Positions 16,203 to 18,532 of a DNA stretch of 18,532 nt are shown here, one piece after another. Location: assembly GCA_048939465.1 (NCBI GenBank), contig JBHLPL010000033.1:1-18532 (forward strand), written 5' to 3'. Numbering within the stretch: position 1 is the first letter of the stretch; every line of letters begins with the position of its first letter. Source of the DNA: Promethearchaeota archaeon. GTDB lineage: Archaea; Asgardarchaeota; Odinarchaeia; Odinarchaeales; JBHLKK01. Below the pieces are notes generated by a model that was given only the letters and a program-made list of their open reading frames with translations, made no database searches and was not told the DNA's origin. Made by a program: the position numbers and the translations under genes.

Positions 16203-17357
16203 TTAGCTCTCTTTTGAAAAGAGAGTTTTCATGAAATCCGCGAATTCTCTTAGTCTATCTACGTTTATGTATTCGCCTGTTTTGTGGCACACACCGGTTT
16301 GTCCGGGTCCCATTATCACCGTTTTTATACCAGCAACATGATAGAGGTACATCGAATCGGTCCTCCCAACGTTTATCCGTATATCAGGCCTATAGCCGAT
16401 ACTCCGTTGGGCCGAGTCAGCCACAAGTGAGACAACGTATTCGGATTTGTCGGTCTGATACGGTAGCTGGACCCTCGAACCAAAATCCAGATGAAACTTC
16501 ACTTCAGGTTGGAGACTGCGCAAAGCAGATCTTATTGCCTCTTTTATTTGCTCAGGATCTTCACCAGGGAAGACTCTCCTCTCACAGTTTATGAAGCATT
16601 CCCCAGGGATTATTGTCAGCATCCTTCCTCCGTGAATCTCAGCTACATTGATTGGCATTTCAGCTTCGAAGTCATCAATTCTGAATCTGCCTGGAGGTAT
16701 TTCTCTAATCTTTTCTATTACCTTCATCATATGGTAGATGGCGTTAATTCCCGCTTGCGGTGTCGAGGAATGAGCTTCCTTTCCTATGGTTCTGATTCCG
16801 AATCGAACTCTGCCAGTACATCCAACGCTAATTGAGAATTGATTATCTTCTACAGTTGGCTCAACGTTTATCCCATAGTCTGCCGAAAAATCGGGATTTT
16901 TTGAGAGAAAGTATGGCATTCCCAGTCTTCTTTCTCCTTGATACTCTACGGAGTTGTCTTCATAGTTGACAAACTGGATGATCAGTTTTTCAAATCTGCA
17001 GTCTTCCAATTCGTACAGTGCAGATAGCGTTGAGGCTATGCCGCCCTTGGCGTCCGAAGAACCTACAGCGTATAACCTTTCCCCCTCAATCTTAGGAACC
17101 AGAGCATCCTTCCATTCAGCAGAAGGAGGAACTGTATCAAAATGAGTGTTTACAAGAAATGTTCCGTTTCCGTCAAATCTTCTCTCTGCCGTTACAGAGT
17201 ATAATTCGTCTACTGCCACCTTGAAGCCAAGGTTCTCAAGATGCTTTGACAGGAACTCAGAACATTCTTTCATGCCTTCAGCAATCTTGTCTGATTCAAC
17301 CTGAAATGAAGGGAATACTACAAGGTCCTTAAGAATATGCAGCGGATCTGTTTTCAT
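16203..17357 (-). CDS. M20-family metallopeptidase / deacylase (ArgE/DapE-like)
   Basis: THFDTVP, GSSDAKGG, EPT, GKEAHSS.P..GINAI, IIPGEC, TD, and GPG...H...EYI. Confidence 0.92.
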   Translation of the reverse strand: MKTDPLHILKDLVVFPSFQVESDKIAEGMKECSEFLSKHLENLGFKVAVDELYSVTAERRFDGNGTFLVNTHFDTVPPSAEWKDALVPKIEGERLYAVGSSDAKGGIASTLSALYELEDCRFEKLIIQFVNYEDNSVEYQGERRLGMPYFLSKNPDFSADYGINVEPTVEDNQFSISVGCTGRVRFGIRTIGKEAHSSTPQAGINAIYHMMKVIEKIREIPPGRFRIDDFEAEMPINVAEIHGGRMLTIIPGECFINCERRVFPGEDPEQIKEAIRSALRSLQPEVKFHLDFGSRVQLPYQTDKSEYVVSLVADSAQRSIGYRPDIRINVGRTDSMYLYHVAGIKTVIMGPGQTGVCHKTGEYINVDRLREFADFMKTLFSKES

Positions 17358-17478
17358 GCTTATCCCTTATTTTAAAGATATGAGGGTAGATTTAAGTCTT
17401 GTTTCTTCAAATTGATTTTGGCCGCACTCTCTTCAAAAGAACCATATTCACGACTGAATAATCTGAACATGAATACGG

Positions 17479-18531
17479 TTAGATTTTGTCAAAAGCTTGT
17501 CCCAGATCAGAGATAATATCTTGTGGATCTTCAATTCCTAAAGCTAGACGTACGAGCTGATTGGTGATTCCCGCCCTCATTCGGCTCTCCTCATCAACAA
17601 AGTAGTGAGAAGAGGTAACGGGCTGTGTAGCCAGCGTCTCGGTTCCTCCCAAACTGGGAGCCAGCAAACACAACTCTAAGCTCTCAACAAATTTCATTGT
17701 TTTTTCAAAATCCCCATCAATTTCAAAACTAACGACCCCGCCAAAGCCCTTCATCTGCTGAACCGCAATTGAATGGTCAGGATGGTTTAGGAGCCCCGGG
17801 TAATACACTTTTTTTACCTTAGGATGTTTTTCAAGATATTCTGCCACCTGCATACCGCTAGAATTGTGTCTTTCCATTCGCAGACCAAGAGTTTTAAGTC
17901 CCCTTAACAGTAACCAGCCAGCTATTGGATCAAGGGTTCCGCCCAAATGTTTTCGCATCTCTTTCAGCTTTTGAGTAAAGCCTGCCGAGCCCACAACTAT
18001 TCCAGCCGTCAAATCATTGTGCCCTCCCAGGTATTTTGTTGCGCTATGAATGACAACATCAACGCCAAATCGTATGGGTCTCAGGTTATAGGGAGAAGCA
18101 AAAGTATTGTCAACTGCAACTGTTATGCCTTTCTCTTTGCCCAGCCTGGCAACTTCAGACACATCCAAATATCTCAGCGTCGGATTGGTAAGAGTCTCAG
18201 CATAGATGAGTCTGGTATTCTGCTTGATGGCCGATTCCACTTCACTAGAGTCCGTAGCTTCCACCAGACTCACATCTATTCCAAATCGTGGAAGAATATC
18301 CGTAAAGAGCTTTAGAGTTCCCCCGTATAAGTCTCTGCTAGAAACGATATGGTCACCTGAAGAAACCGCAGTCAATACTACGCCAGTTATGGCTGCCATA
18401 CCTGAGGAAAAAACTGCAGCATCTTCACCTTCTTCGAGTTCTGCCATTTTCCTCTCAACAGACCTGAGAGTTGGGTTATCGAACCTGGTATATACGTATC
18501 CTTCTGCTCTTCTGCTCATTACATCAATCAG
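17479..18531 (-). CDS. PLP-dependent trans-sulfuration enzyme (cystathionine gamma-synthase/lyase family; 5'-truncated)
   Basis: YTRFDNPT, FSSGMAAI, YGGT, ETLTNP, DNTF, HSATKYLGGH (PLP lysine) and SLGG. The frame stays open to the window edge (LIDVMSRR). Confidence 0.93.
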   Translation of the reverse strand: MIDVMSRRAEGYVYTRFDNPTLRSVERKMAELEEGEDAAVFSSGMAAITGVVLTAVSSGDHIVSSRDLYGGTLKLFTDILPRFGIDVSLVEATDSSEVESAIKQNTRLIYAETLTNPTLRYLDVSEVARLGKEKGITVAVDNTFASPYNLRPIRFGVDVVIHSATKYLGGHNDLTAGIVVGSAGFTQKLKEMRKHLGGTLDPIAGWLLLRGLKTLGLRMERHNSSGMQVAEYLEKHPKVKKVYYPGLLNHPDHSIAVQQMKGFGGVVSFEIDGDFEKTMKFVESLELCLLAPSLGGTETLATQPVTSSHYFVDEESRMRAGITNQLVRLALGIEDPQDIISDLGQAFDKI

Positions 18532-18532
18532 C

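Noticed and set aside
17479-18531. Methionine gamma-lyase assignment
   Set aside because: Has YGGT rather than the MGL-typical YGCT; left at family level.

Overview
Gene-dense archaeal chromosomal segment. Evidence for archaea: TTTATATA-type TATA boxes, GGTGA/GGAGG Shine-Dalgarno motifs and an archaeal KaiC/RAD55-like ATPase. It carries about 21 credible CDS, mostly redox, stress, sulfur and small-molecule-modifying functions: two GNATs, SnoaL-like, DUF362, WrbA, ferredoxin, Hsp20, hemerythrin-like, ATP-cone, AEC and APC transporters, rhodanese, nitroreductase, YyaL/SSP411, nucleotidyltransferase, M20 deacylase and a PLP trans-sulfuration enzyme. The first and last CDS are cut by the window edges. 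I saw no rRNA, tRNA, CRISPR array or transposase. Main observations: (1) an apparent two-gene operon of a stand-alone longin/uDENN-like protein (an Asgard-type eukaryotic signature fold) and a single-domain KaiC-like ATPase; (2) a recurring palindrome TATAAC-N3-GTTATA in three promoter regions, suggesting a regulon; (3) a DUF362 domain with degenerate motifs fused to a winged-helix-like domain; (4) a decayed tandem copy of a zinc-ribbon gene in frame behind a TGA. All family calls come from motif recognition by eye; no database searches were run.
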